A stretch of 60,134 nt of DNA, the filler included. It is 4 parts of 4 records of this genome, joined end to end, with 100 filler letters (N's around TTAATTAATTAA, not from the genome) between each part and the next. Parts side by side here need not be neighbours in the genome. Positions count along the whole stretch, not along the records: positions 1 to 21,462 come from DRR378314_833; positions 21,563 to 46,728 come from DRR378314_835; 2 more parts are not named here. The stretch is one strand, 5' to 3'. The notes below the pieces were generated by a model. The model searched no databases. It was not told the origin of the DNA and saw only the letters and a list, made by a program, of their open reading frames with translations. A program made the position numbers and the translations under genes. Positions 19,207 through 29,249 of this stretch are shown here, one piece after another (within the stretch, counting starts at the first letter, position 1; the number at the start of each line of letters is the position of its first letter).

Positions 19207-20553
19207 ATGTCGCCCCCTTTCCACGAATTTGCCGCTGACCTGACCTATGCCGATCTACCAGAGGCGCTACGCGCTGTTTTGCGGCGCTCGTTTCTGGACA
19301 CTATGGGGGTCGCGGCGGTCGCATCAACCACACAGATGGCGCAGATTGCTGTGCGCGGGGCACAGGCGATGTTTGGCCCAACCGCGACCGGGTCCGCGCG
19401 GATATTGATGGAAGGTACGCCGCTGTCGCCCGCTGGGGCCGCGATGGCAGGTGGGTTTACTGTCGATGCCGTTGATGCGCATGATTCAACATCACCTTGC
19501 AAAGGGCATGGCGGTTCGGCTGTTTTCCCTGCGCTGATGGCGATGGCTGATGCATCAGCTAACCCTCTGACAGGACAGGCATTTGCCACACATCTGGCGG
19601 TGGGGTACGAGGTCAGCTACCGCGTGGGTCTGGCACAGCATGCGACCTGCGCAGATTATCATACCTCTGGTGCATGGACCGCTGTGGGCGTTGCAACGGC
19701 CGCCGCACGAATGTTGGAATGTGACGGCGAAACGATCCGCCACGCCGCCGGAATCGGAGAGTACCACGGGCCGCGCAGCCAAATGATGCGCTGTATTGAT
19801 CATCCGACCATGGTGCGCGACGGCGTTGGCTGGGGCGCACCATCGGGCGTGGTTGCAGCGTACCTCGCGCGTGACGGGTTCACCGGCACACCGGCCCTGA
19901 CCTGCGAAGACGCGCCACCCTTCTGGTCCGACCTTGGCACGGCCTGGCGCACGGTTGAGGACACCAGCTACAAACCCTACCCCTGCTGTCGTTGGGCACA
20001 TCCAAGCATTGATTCAGTTGCCCATTTGATGGCCACACATGGCCTGATCCACACGGAAATCGCGTCTGTTGATATAAAGACGTTTCACAATGCCACACGT
20101 CTTGCCGGTCACCGCCCCGCAAGCCCGGATGAATTCGCCTATGGCATCGCATTTCCTGTCGCAACAATGATTGTGCGTGGCCAAATTGGTGTGTCGGAAC
20201 TGGGGCTTACGACATTAAGTGACCCTGATATTCTACGGATCAGCGATGCCGTGCGGCTGATCGACGATCCCCATTTGACCAGGATTTCACAGGGCAAACG
20301 CTGGGCGCAGGTGACGTTGCACACGCGCGACGGGCGCAGCTTTGAAGATGTGCCACGCACCCCAAAAGGCGACAATGACTTGCCCCTTTCAGACAGTGAG
20401 ATTTCCGACAAGTTCCACCTGTTTGCCGACCCGGTGCTTGGGGCGGTGCGGGCAAACGAGATTGAAACACTCTGTTCTGATTTTGACAGCCTCTCCGCCG
20501 CCGATTTCACCCGGCTGCTTGATCTTTGTCTGACCGCGCCCCCGCGCAATTGA
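19207..20553 (+). CDS. MmgE/PrpD-family protein
   Basis: FLDTMGVA, VDAHD, KPYPCCRWAH and PKGD..PLSD.EI.DKF motifs. Start placed at MSPPFHEF. Confidence 0.85.
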   Translation: MSPPFHEFAADLTYADLPEALRAVLRRSFLDTMGVAAVASTTQMAQIAVRGAQAMFGPTATGSARILMEGTPLSPAGAAMAGGFTVDAVDAHDSTSPCKGHGGSAVFPALMAMADASANPLTGQAFATHLAVGYEVSYRVGLAQHATCADYHTSGAWTAVGVATAAARMLECDGETIRHAAGIGEYHGPRSQMMRCIDHPTMVRDGVGWGAPSGVVAAYLARDGFTGTPALTCEDAPPFWSDLGTAWRTVEDTSYKPYPCCRWAHPSIDSVAHLMATHGLIHTEIASVDIKTFHNATRLAGHRPASPDEFAYGIAFPVATMIVRGQIGVSELGLTTLSDPDILRISDAVRLIDDPHLTRISQGKRWAQVTLHTRDGRSFEDVPRTPKGDNDLPLSDSEISDKFHLFADPVLGAVRANEIETLCSDFDSLSAADFTRLLDLCLTAPPRN

Positions 20554-20565
20554 AAAAGCCGTGCC

Positions 20566-21462
20566 TTATTCGGCGGCGACTTTCCCGCGTTTCGCCAACA
20601 TCGGTTTGAGGTATTTGCCGGTATAGCTTTCCGCAACTTTCGTCACATCCTCTGGCGTGCCAGTTGCAACCACACGACCACCGCCATCACCGCCTTCAGG
20701 ACCGATATCAATGATGTGATCCGCTGTTTTCACCACATCAAGGTTGTGCTCAATAACAATCACTGAATTGCCCTGATCAACCAGTTCATGCAGCACTTCC
20801 AACAGCTTACGCACGTCTTCAAAATGCAAACCGGTCGTCGGTTCATCCAGAATATACAGGGTGCGCCCGGTTGAGCGCTTGCTTAGCTCCTTGGAAAGTT
20901 TCACCCGCTGCGCCTCGCCCCCCGAAAGGGTTGTCGCCTGCTGGCCCACCTTGATATAGCCCAGCCCGACCCGCATCAGCGCGTCCATCTTTTCGCGGAT
21001 CGAGGGCACAGCGGCAAAAAACGTCTGCGCATCCTCCACCGTCATGTTCAACACATCGGCAATCGATTTGCCCTTGAATTTGATTTCAAGCGTTTCACGG
21101 TTGTAGCGCGCGCCCTTACAGGTTTCACACTCCACATAGACATCCGGCAGGAAGTGCATTTCGATCTTGATCACACCATCACCCTGACATGCCTCGCAGC
21201 GTCCACCTTTGACGTTGAAACTGAACCGTCCGGGCTTGTAACCTCTTGCCTTTGCTTCAGGAAGTCCGGCGAACCAGTCCCGGATCGGGGTAAAGGCACC
21301 TGTATAGGTCGCCGGGTTAGAGCGTGGCGTGCGCCCGATCGGGCGTTGGTCAATGTCGATGACCTTATCCAGATGTTCCAGCCCTTTGATGGTTTCACAG
21401 GGGGCCGGTGTCTGGCGTGCGCCGTTCAGGTTCATCGAGGCGGTCTTGAACAGGGTTTCAAT
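20566..21462 (-). CDS. uvrA: Excinuclease ABC subunit A, C-terminal part (cut by the contig end)
   Basis: [13 protein letters not shown], zinc finger CEACQG...[17 protein letters not shown] and LDEPTTGLH. Confidence 0.97.
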   Translation of the reverse strand: METLFKTASMNLNGARQTPAPCETIKGLEHLDKVIDIDQRPIGRTPRSNPATYTGAFTPIRDWFAGLPEAKARGYKPGRFSFNVKGGRCEACQGDGVIKIEMHFLPDVYVECETCKGARYNRETLEIKFKGKSIADVLNMTVEDAQTFFAAVPSIREKMDALMRVGLGYIKVGQQATTLSGGEAQRVKLSKELSKRSTGRTLYILDEPTTGLHFEDVRKLLEVLHELVDQGNSVIVIEHNLDVVKTADHIIDIGPEGGDGGGRVVATGTPEDVTKVAESYTGKYLKPMLAKRGKVAAE

Positions 21463-21562
21463 NNNNNNNNNNNNNNNNNNNNNNNNNNNNNNNNNNNNNN
21501 NNNNNNTTAATTAATTAANNNNNNNNNNNNNNNNNNNNNNNNNNNNNNNNNNNNNNNNNNNN
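21463..21562. other. Artificial contig spacer (N44-TTAATTAATTAA-N44)
   Basis: 100-nt linker giving stops in all six frames; genes are truncated on both sides and composition changes. Confidence 0.98.
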
Positions 21563-21805
21563 GGCGATGCGGTTGGCCCAGGCATTGAACTGGCGATAGG
21601 TGTAGCGGCGGTCGCGGTAAATCACCGCGAGGCCGTCCGGATTGTTCGCCGCCACCTTCTCGAAAGCCACGCCCAAGCCCAGCGGCCTGGTGGTGTCGGT
21701 GATCTTGCTCATCCGGGAGCCTTTGATCAGGCCCGGCAGGTTCATCACCACTTCAGGCACTTTGCCCAGCACTTTGGGCAGGGTAATAACGTCGGTCTGG
21801 CTCAT
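21563..21805 (-). CDS. Long-chain acyl-CoA synthetase (FATP-like), N-terminal fragment
   Basis: MSQTDVITL...LGVAFEKVAANNPDGLAVIYRDRRYTYRQFNAWANRIA matches the N-terminus of AMP-forming long-chain fatty acid-CoA ligases. The AMP-binding motif lies beyond the contig end. Confidence 0.7.
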
Positions 21806-21819
21806 GGCATTTCCCTCCC

Positions 21820-24165
21820 CTAGGCCGCGGTCTGGATTTTCTGGAACAACCAGTCGTGCAGTCCGTCGGACAGCAGCGGCAGGAAGGCGACGATCAGCAG
21901 GGCGGTGAGCATCACCGCGATCGGCAGCAGGAATTTCTCATAGCGCCGGAAGAAGGTGCCGGTGGAGAGCTTGGCGCTTTCCACTTCGTCGTCGCCGACC
22001 ACCTGTCGAGACAGCAGGTGGTTGAGCGCCACCGGTGGCGTCAGATAGCCGAGCTCGAAGGCGACCAGCGCGATCATCCAGAAGTGCAACGGCGCGATGC
22101 CGTTGGCGGCGGCCAGCGGCGCGAAGGTGGCGTTTACCAGAATCACCGCGCCCAGTGGGTCGATGAACATGCCCACCAGCACCAGGGCGACCACCAGGAA
22201 CAGGCCGGCGATCCAGATCGACGCGAAGGCGTCCGGCAGCAGTTCCAGCATCCCGGAGCGTTCGATGATACCGGCGGTGCCCACCGACAGGGCGATCAAC
22301 ATCAACATGGCGCCGATATGGCCGGCGGTTTCGCCGGTGGCGAAGCGCAGGCTGCCTTCCAATTTCTCGGAGACGCCTTCCTCGGGCGGGTAATCGGCCA
22401 CCGGGTCGCTGTTGTTCCGGGACAACAAGGCGGCGCCATAGTGCACGCCCAGGAACAGAATCATCAGCAGGTTACGCCAGGTCTCGCTCCACAGCGCCGC
22501 TTCCAGCTCGGCGGCGGAGGTGCCGCCGGGGATCTCGCCGCTGACGAGCACCTGGTAGCCCTCCGCGATGCCCATGAAGGAGAGCACCAGCATCGGCACC
22601 AGGAAGAGACTGAACAGATGCAGGGTGTGACGGCTGAGCTTCTCATAGACCAGGATCGCCAGCAGCATCACCGGCAGAATGATCGGCGCGGAAAACTCGT
22701 CCAGCTGGCGCCCCAGCACGTCGCTGAAGAACACCGCCACGGCGCCCACCACCACGCCGTAGGGCGTCAGCGGAATCATCTTTTTGAGACTGGCCGGCAG
22801 CGCTTGCGAGAACGGCGCGATGCGTGCCGGGGTGGTACGGGCGAACTGGCTGTAGATAAAGAAAATAAACAGGCTGAGCGCGAACACCTTGGCGCCGGAG
22901 GCGAACAGCTCGCTGGTGGTGACGCTTTTGTTGAGCGCCGCGATCATGACCACCAGCAGGCAGGGCCGCAGCACCACGCCCATGGAGCCGGACATGGCGG
23001 TGGCCGCCAGCGCCAGCTGCTTGCGCGCGCCGACACGTCGTAGCTCGGTGTAGATGGTCGCGCCGGCGGCGATCACGAAGATGCCGGACGCACCGGTATA
23101 GGCGGTGAGCACGGCGGCGATCGCCAGCACCACCACGCACATCAGCTCCGGCGACATGCGCCAGGGGCGCAGGGCGTCGAAGAAAATATGCGTCAGGCGG
23201 GTCTGTTTCAGCATCATGCCGATCCAGATATACAGCGCCAGGTTCAGGAACACGCTGGACAGCTCCATCATCATGTTCAGATAGACGCTGGTGCCGTGGA
23301 AATAGCCCTGGGAAAAGAACTGCGCCGAGGCCGACAGACACATGTAGCTGTACAGCGGGATGGTCAGAAAGGCCTTGGCCCAGGAACCGCCCGGCTCCAG
23401 ATCGCGCGGGCGGCGCAGCAGCCGGTACAGGGACGCCAGGGTGAGCGTGCCGAAGCCGGCGATCCAGATATTGTGCAGATAGAAATTATCCACGGTGACG
23501 CCGGCGGCCATCGATTCCGAATCCTGGATTCGATAGGCGATCGCCGATACCAGCAGCAAGGCGTTGGCCGCCAGCTGGCCGCTCAGTGATACCAGGTGAT
23601 CCTTGTCGGTGCGCGCCGGCCGCAGCGCGATATGGTGGCGCTGGAAGGTCGTGGTTGTGGCGCAGATCAGCAGCAGCAGGCAAAGCAACAGGCGCTTGTA
23701 CTCGCCCAGCGTGGACACCACCAGGGCGACGCCGCCCTCCACGTTGCGGAAAGCGATCACCGCCGGCGTCACCTTCTCTTGCACGGTCTGGTAGCGCTCC
23801 AGTTTCGCCCGGCAGTTGGCGCGCGTGGCTTCCAGCGAGCCGCGGATGGCGCTTTTGTCCACGGACGCGCCGCCGAGGATACCGGCCAGCGGATCGCCGG
23901 CGGCTTCGGCCTGGCGTTGCTTGACGATTTCGCGAACCCGCTGGTCAATGTTCGGGTCCGGGTTGCAGGTCGGCTCCGGCATGACGCCGGCGCTACGCAG
24001 CATGAAATATTCCTGCCAGGTGGCTTCACCGATCTTGAGCAATTGCGAGTGGATGATCTGTCCGGAGGACAGGAACACGACGATCAGAAGAAGCAACAGC
24101 GTCGGCAGGGTGGAAAACCATTCAGTGGGCGTGCGTCGGGGCATGCCCAGGGTCCGTTCCGTCAT
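21820..24165 (-). CDS. TRAP transporter fused permease (DctM-like C-terminal part), paralogue A
   Basis: 781 aa, multi-TM; TAYTGASGIFVIA, GSMGVVLRPC, VGMFIDPLGA and ELGYLTPPVALN motifs (DctM-type TPP). Confidence 0.88.
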   Translation of the reverse strand: MTERTLGMPRRTPTEWFSTLPTLLLLLIVVFLSSGQIIHSQLLKIGEATWQEYFMLRSAGVMPEPTCNPDPNIDQRVREIVKQRQAEAAGDPLAGILGGASVDKSAIRGSLEATRANCRAKLERYQTVQEKVTPAVIAFRNVEGGVALVVSTLGEYKRLLLCLLLLICATTTTFQRHHIALRPARTDKDHLVSLSGQLAANALLLVSAIAYRIQDSESMAAGVTVDNFYLHNIWIAGFGTLTLASLYRLLRRPRDLEPGGSWAKAFLTIPLYSYMCLSASAQFFSQGYFHGTSVYLNMMMELSSVFLNLALYIWIGMMLKQTRLTHIFFDALRPWRMSPELMCVVVLAIAAVLTAYTGASGIFVIAAGATIYTELRRVGARKQLALAATAMSGSMGVVLRPCLLVVMIAALNKSVTTSELFASGAKVFALSLFIFFIYSQFARTTPARIAPFSQALPASLKKMIPLTPYGVVVGAVAVFFSDVLGRQLDEFSAPIILPVMLLAILVYEKLSRHTLHLFSLFLVPMLVLSFMGIAEGYQVLVSGEIPGGTSAAELEAALWSETWRNLLMILFLGVHYGAALLSRNNSDPVADYPPEEGVSEKLEGSLRFATGETAGHIGAMLMLIALSVGTAGIIERSGMLELLPDAFASIWIAGLFLVVALVLVGMFIDPLGAVILVNATFAPLAAANGIAPLHFWMIALVAFELGYLTPPVALNHLLSRQVVGDDEVESAKLSTGTFFRRYEKFLLPIAVMLTALLIVAFLPLLSDGLHDWLFQKIQTAA

Positions 24166-24271
24166 GGGAGCATTCCTTTTTTATTTTTTTGGTCATGATT
24201 GTTGTTATTTTGACCAGTCTAGCTCTTTTTTGTTCTCTATCCAAATCGCCCGGAGCCCTCCGCATTGCCAT

Positions 24272-24297
24272 AAAAAAGGGCCGCGAAAGCGGCCCTT
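24272..24297 (-). terminator. Intrinsic terminator between the two permease genes
   Basis: Minus strand AAGGGCCGC-TTTC-GCGGCCCTTTTTT, just after the paralogue B stop. Confidence 0.8.
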
Positions 24298-24324
24298 GTG
24301 GGTATTGCCGAGCGGTGGCCGTGA

Positions 24325-26655
24325 TCAGCCGCCGGACTGGATTTTCTGGAACAGCCACTCGTGCAGGCCGTCGGAAACCAGCGGCAGGAACGACACGATC
24401 AGCAGCGCGGTCAGCATGGTCGCGATGGGAAGCAGGAACTTCTCATAGCGCCGGAAGAAGCTGCCGGTGCTGAGCTTGGCGCTTTCCACCTCGTCGTCAC
24501 CGACCACCTGTCGCGTCAACAGGTGGTTGAGGGCCACCGGTGGTGTCAGGTACCCCAGCTCGAAGGCCACCAGCGTGATCATCCAGAAGTGCAGTGGATC
24601 GATGCCGTTATTGAACGCCACCTGGGCAATGGTGGCGTTGACAAGGATCACCGCCCCGTAGGGGTCCATGATCATGCCGATGATCACCATGGTCACCACC
24701 AGGATGCCCATCGCCACCCAGATCGACGGGAACACCTCGGGCAGCATCTCCAGCAGACCGGAGCGTTCAATAATGCCGCCGGTGCTTACCGACAGGGCCA
24801 TCAGCATCAACAGGGCGCCGATGTGACCGGTGGTTTCATTGGTGGCCATGCGCAGGGAGCCTTCCAGCTTCTCCGATACCCCGGCTTCAGGCTGATAGTG
24901 CGGGTCCTGATCGCCGGTTTTCACCAGGTAGTGGATCACCATGAAGGCGGTCAGGAAGGTGTTGCGCCAGAATTCGCCCCACAGGATGTCTTCCAGCTCC
25001 GCGGCGGACACGCCCACCGGGACCTGGCCGCTGGTCAGCGCCTGATAGCCTTCCCAGATGCCCATGTAGGACATCACCACCATGGGGACCAGGAAGAGGG
25101 TGAACAGGTGCAGCAGATGGCGGCTGAGCTTCTCGTAAAAGAGAATGCCGATCATCATCACGGGCAGAATGATGGGCGCGGAGAACTCGTCGAGCTGACG
25201 GCCGAGCACGTCACTGAACAGCACCAGGATGGCGCCCACGATGATCGCGTAGGGCATCAGCGGCACCATGCGCTTAAGGCTCTTGGGCAGCGCTTCTGAG
25301 AACGGAGCGATGCGGGCCGGCGAGGTGCGCGCGAACTGGCTGTAGATAAAGAACAGGAACAGGCTCAGGAAGAAGATCTTATAGCCGGAGGAGAACAACT
25401 CGGCGGTGGTCACGCTCTTGTTGAGCGCGGCGATGATCACCACCAGCAAACAGGGACGCAGCACCACACCCATGGAACCGGACATGGCGGTGGCGGCCAG
25501 AGCGAGCTGCTTGCGGGCGCCCACCCGGATCAGTTCCTGATAGATCGTGGCACCCGCCGCGATCACGAAGATACCGGAAGCGCCGGTATAAGCGGTGGGG
25601 ATGGCGGCGACCGCCAGGACCACGAAACACATCAGTTCCGGCGACATCTTCCAGGGCCGCAGGATATCGAACACCAGATGCGCCAGCTTGGTCTGCTTGA
25701 GCAGCATGCCGATCCAGATGTACAGCGCCAGATTCAGGAACAGGGTGGACAGCTCCATCATCATGTTCAGGTAGACGCTGATGCCGTGGTAGTAGCCCTG
25801 GCTGGCGAACTGCGCCGCCGCGGTCAGCGACATAAAGCTGTACAGCGGGATGGTCAGGAACGCCTTGGGCCAGGAGCCGCCGGTTTCCAGATCCTTGGGC
25901 GGTCGGATCAACTGATAAATCGAGGCCGCCGTCAGTAACGCGAAGCCGGCGATCCAGAACTGGTGCAGGTAGAAATTGCTCACCGTCACACCGGACGCGA
26001 TGGCTTCCACTTCCTCCGCGCGGTATACCGTCGCCGACATCAATAGCGACGCGTTGGCGATCAATTGCGCGGTGGTGGTGACGACATGGTCCTTTTTGGT
26101 GCGCGACGGGCGCAAGGAAATATGGTGTCGGGCGAGTGTGGCGGTGATCGCGCAGATCATCACCAGAAGACAGAGCAGAAGACGTTTATAGTCGCCGAGC
26201 GTGGACACCACTTTGGCGACGCCGCCCTCGATATTGCGGAACATGATCACCGCCGGGGTGACCTTTTCCTCGACGATTTTGAAGCGGTCCCACTTGTTGC
26301 GGCAATTCTCCCTGGACGCTTCAAGCGAGCCCCTGATCGCGTCCGGATCCACGGACGAGCCGCCCAGGATATCCCCAAGAGGATCGTTGGCGGCTTCCGC
26401 TTTGCGTTGCTCGACGATTTCCCGGACCCGCTGGTTGATATCGGGGTCGGGATTACAGGTGGGCTCGGACACCATGCCGGCGCCCCGCAACAGGAAGTAT
26501 TCGTCCCAGGTGTTTTCACCGATTTTGAGAAGCTGGGAGTGGATAATCTGACCCGAAGATAAAAAAATCACGGTCAGAAGAATGAACAGGGTGGGCAGCG
26601 ATGATAACCACTCCCCCACCGAACGCCTGGCCACGGTCAACTGAGGTTTTTCCAT
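24325..26655 (-). CDS. TRAP transporter fused permease, paralogue B
   Basis: 776 aa, colinear with 21820-24165 and sharing long identical blocks (SSGQIIHSQLLKIGE, PTCNPDP, FELGYLTPPVALNHLL). Confidence 0.88.
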   Translation of the reverse strand: MEKPQLTVARRSVGEWLSSLPTLFILLTVIFLSSGQIIHSQLLKIGENTWDEYFLLRGAGMVSEPTCNPDPDINQRVREIVEQRKAEAANDPLGDILGGSSVDPDAIRGSLEASRENCRNKWDRFKIVEEKVTPAVIMFRNIEGGVAKVVSTLGDYKRLLLCLLVMICAITATLARHHISLRPSRTKKDHVVTTTAQLIANASLLMSATVYRAEEVEAIASGVTVSNFYLHQFWIAGFALLTAASIYQLIRPPKDLETGGSWPKAFLTIPLYSFMSLTAAAQFASQGYYHGISVYLNMMMELSTLFLNLALYIWIGMLLKQTKLAHLVFDILRPWKMSPELMCFVVLAVAAIPTAYTGASGIFVIAAGATIYQELIRVGARKQLALAATAMSGSMGVVLRPCLLVVIIAALNKSVTTAELFSSGYKIFFLSLFLFFIYSQFARTSPARIAPFSEALPKSLKRMVPLMPYAIIVGAILVLFSDVLGRQLDEFSAPIILPVMMIGILFYEKLSRHLLHLFTLFLVPMVVMSYMGIWEGYQALTSGQVPVGVSAAELEDILWGEFWRNTFLTAFMVIHYLVKTGDQDPHYQPEAGVSEKLEGSLRMATNETTGHIGALLMLMALSVSTGGIIERSGLLEMLPEVFPSIWVAMGILVVTMVIIGMIMDPYGAVILVNATIAQVAFNNGIDPLHFWMITLVAFELGYLTPPVALNHLLTRQVVGDDEVESAKLSTGSFFRRYEKFLLPIATMLTALLIVSFLPLVSDGLHEWLFQKIQSGG

Positions 26656-26754
26656 TATTCACCCGGTTATTGTTATGCCGTTGTAAACGGCACTATCACC
26701 TTACCGGCACCGAGGCTCGCCCGCGGCGCCAGCGTGCGTACTACATACAAAGAG

Positions 26755-26780
26755 AAAACGGGGCCCGGTGAGGCCCCGTT
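26755..26780 (-). terminator. Hairpin with T-tract after the binding-protein gene
   Basis: Minus strand AACGGGGCC-N6-GGCCCCGTTTT. Confidence 0.6.
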
Positions 26781-26803
26781 GGTTCGCGTCCGGCGAGAGG
26801 TGA

Positions 26804-27820
26804 TTACTCCATCGCCAAGGTGCATTCCGCCCGGCTCGGGTCGGTTTTGCAGCGCACCTTGCGGAGGAGGTCCATCAGGTCCTTGTTATATATACCGCTC
26901 TCGGTCATGTTCACGCGGGCTTCGCGCAGCATTTCGTTGTAGCGGCGTTTGTCGTCATCGGGAATATCGATCCACCACTTGTCATCCACTTCGTTTTCGG
27001 CGTTGCGGATCACCTGCATGGCGCGGTCGAACTGGCCCAGCATCCAGGTACGTGATTTGGCGGCGAACTCGTCGGAGAACTTGTCGCTGCGCAATACGAT
27101 CTGGTTGGTCAGCTGACCCAGGGTGTAGCGAATGATACCGCCGTCCGGCTGCATGCCCTTGTACAGTTCCAGGGCGGAGTAGGCGACCACCGGGGCAAAG
27201 CAGATATCCACCGAGTCGTTGTTGAAGCGACCGGCGAAGTTGGTGATATCCGAAGGCACCGGGGACATGCCCACCTGGGAGGCCATGTTGGCCTGGTCCG
27301 GGGCGTATTCCATCACGGAGATGGATTTACCGGACAGCTCACCGACGGTGTCGATACTCTGGTCCTTAACAAACAGATAGGCGGCGCCCATGGGGGCGAA
27401 ACCGGCAATGGTGTAGCCGTTTTGCTTGAGCTGCTTGTTGATGGATGCGTTGCCGCTGGCCATCACCCGGAACACGGTTTGCAGTTCCTTGTAGGAGGGG
27501 ATCGCCCCCACGGCTTCGAAGCTGCCGGCGTAGCTGTTGAACTGGCGCACCCGCAGACCGGTGAGAACGGCGCCGTCACACTGGCCCGCCTTCAGGTCCT
27601 CGGCGGCGATTTTCTCGTCGGTGTAGGGCTTGAGCTTGATGTCCACGCCCCAACCGGCCGCTTCGGTTTTGTAGTCCTTCATGATGTTATACACATCACC
27701 GCTGGCACCGATGATATCGAATACGCAGAGGCTGCGTTCGGTGTTGGCGGCCTGGGCGGACATGGAGGCCAGGCCCACCGTTGTTACCGCCGCCATCGCT
27801 AAGGCTTTGAAAACGCGCAT
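26804..27820 (-). CDS. Periplasmic DctP-like solute-binding protein (DUF6091/AdeT-like), copy 1
   Basis: Signal peptide ending AQA-A; CVFDIIGASG, LKAGQCDG, RQFNSYAG and C-terminal RCKTDPSRAEC; adjacent to TRAP permeases. Confidence 0.78.
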   Translation of the reverse strand: MRVFKALAMAAVTTVGLASMSAQAANTERSLCVFDIIGASGDVYNIMKDYKTEAAGWGVDIKLKPYTDEKIAAEDLKAGQCDGAVLTGLRVRQFNSYAGSFEAVGAIPSYKELQTVFRVMASGNASINKQLKQNGYTIAGFAPMGAAYLFVKDQSIDTVGELSGKSISVMEYAPDQANMASQVGMSPVPSDITNFAGRFNNDSVDICFAPVVAYSALELYKGMQPDGGIIRYTLGQLTNQIVLRSDKFSDEFAAKSRTWMLGQFDRAMQVIRNAENEVDDKWWIDIPDDDKRRYNEMLREARVNMTESGIYNKDLMDLLRKVRCKTDPSRAECTLAME

Positions 27821-27857
27821 CGGTTTCTCTCCTTGCTTACTTCTTGTCTGTTGGAAG

Positions 27858-27878
27858 GCGGGCCCGTGAAGGGCCCGC
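27858..27878. terminator. Intergenic hairpin between the lipoprotein and binding-protein genes
   Basis: GCGGGCCC-GTGAA-GGGCCCGC. Confidence 0.45.
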
Positions 27879-27904
27879 GCTTATAACCGCTTACCTGATA
27901 AGGA

Positions 27905-28927
27905 CTACAGCAAATCGTCGATGTTCATCTTCGGTTCGCTGGAAGTGTCATCCCAGAAGGTGCCGAGGCCGTTGAGCGGGGTACGCTTGCCGGTGTTCTC
28001 GGTCCAGAGACGGTCGGAAAGGCCGGTTATCAGGATTTCCGCGATGGCGTCGATCATGGCGTAGTCTTCATTGATGTTTTCACCGTTGGCGGCGAAATCG
28101 CGGATCGCGGTGCGCAGGCGGTCATTGTCGCCTTTGCCGTAGGCGCTGATGGCGTAGAAGGCGCTGCCCAGACGGACGCCGCCTTCGAAGCCTTGTTCAG
28201 CGGACTGTTCGAGGGTTTGCCAGGGCTGGGCGCCTTCCGGTGCCAGCTGCGGCAGGATGGTCCAGACCGCGGCACGCAGACCCTGGGGCGCGCCCCACCA
28301 GTCGTCGCTGTCCAGGCACTTGGCGTTACGCTCGACCTTGGCCACGATGTTGCGCGGCACGCCCACGGAACCGTCGGCGGCGCCGTCGGCGACCAGAGCC
28401 TGAACGCCGGCGATGTTACCCACCAGCCAGACGATCTGATCGAACTCGTGGTTCAGTTTCGGGCACTCGCCTTCGTCCAGCGGACCATAGACTTCGTTCA
28501 TCAACTGGTGGGACTTGAGCAGGCGCTTGGCGGCGATCTTGGACCAGCGCTTCTGCTGAATGCGCGCGTCCTGGGCTTCGCTCACCCGGCCGTCGTTGAC
28601 CGCGCGCAGATAGCTGAGCTCGGATTCCAGCGCCATCTGCTCCGCGCACACCGCGGCGGTGGTGTAGGTCATCACGCCCAGTTTTTCCGGGTGGGAACCC
28701 ACTTCGCTGAACGACATCAGCAGCGGTGTTTGGGCCTCGCCGGTGATGCAGCCCATGCGCACGTCGTCGTAGGCGAGCAGATGGGGGGCGAGTTCCGCCT
28801 GGCCGAAGCTGACCAGAACGTCACCCGTGGTTTTGTAGATGATGCCACAACCGGAAAGTGCAGTGATCACGCCACCGGCGATGAGGGCACGCGCGGGGCG
28901 CGCGATTTTACTGAGTAGAGAACGCAT
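27905..28927 (-). CDS. Lipoprotein, helical, TatT-like (putative TRAP-associated T component)
   Basis: Basic N-terminus, hydrophobic stretch and lipobox LSG-C. Ala/Leu-rich helical body. First gene of the binding-protein/permease run. The TatT assignment is inferred. Confidence 0.6.
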   Translation of the reverse strand: MRSLLSKIARPARALIAGGVITALSGCGIIYKTTGDVLVSFGQAELAPHLLAYDDVRMGCITGEAQTPLLMSFSEVGSHPEKLGVMTYTTAAVCAEQMALESELSYLRAVNDGRVSEAQDARIQQKRWSKIAAKRLLKSHQLMNEVYGPLDEGECPKLNHEFDQIVWLVGNIAGVQALVADGAADGSVGVPRNIVAKVERNAKCLDSDDWWGAPQGLRAAVWTILPQLAPEGAQPWQTLEQSAEQGFEGGVRLGSAFYAISAYGKGDNDRLRTAIRDFAANGENINEDYAMIDAIAEILITGLSDRLWTENTGKRTPLNGLGTFWDDTSSEPKMNIDDLL

Positions 28928-29249
28928 TCCTTGAGCTCCTTTTTATTGTTCTCACGGCGCCGATGACAGTACTCAACATTGCTGAGTTGGCACAAGCGCC
29001 GATTACAAAAAAGCACCTAAGCCATTACAAACCTAATGCTAGGTTTGCGATCATGGGTTCGCGGCACCTCGCTGATAATGACCCTGGGTCTCGGCTCTTA
29101 TGTCGGAACAGCCAATGCCTTCAGGGAACTTCAGGAGCCTTCCTCTTTATGCTTTATTTTTCAATCTGTTAGCGTCACGATCCCGGCCCGCTCCCGGGTG
29201 GCCGGGCCGGGCGGTGTTGACTCTTTCAACGGAACTCTAGGTAGATGTG

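Noticed and set aside
21507-21518. TTAATTAATTAA palindrome repeated three times
   Set aside because: Always centred in N runs at contig joins, so it is a synthetic linker.
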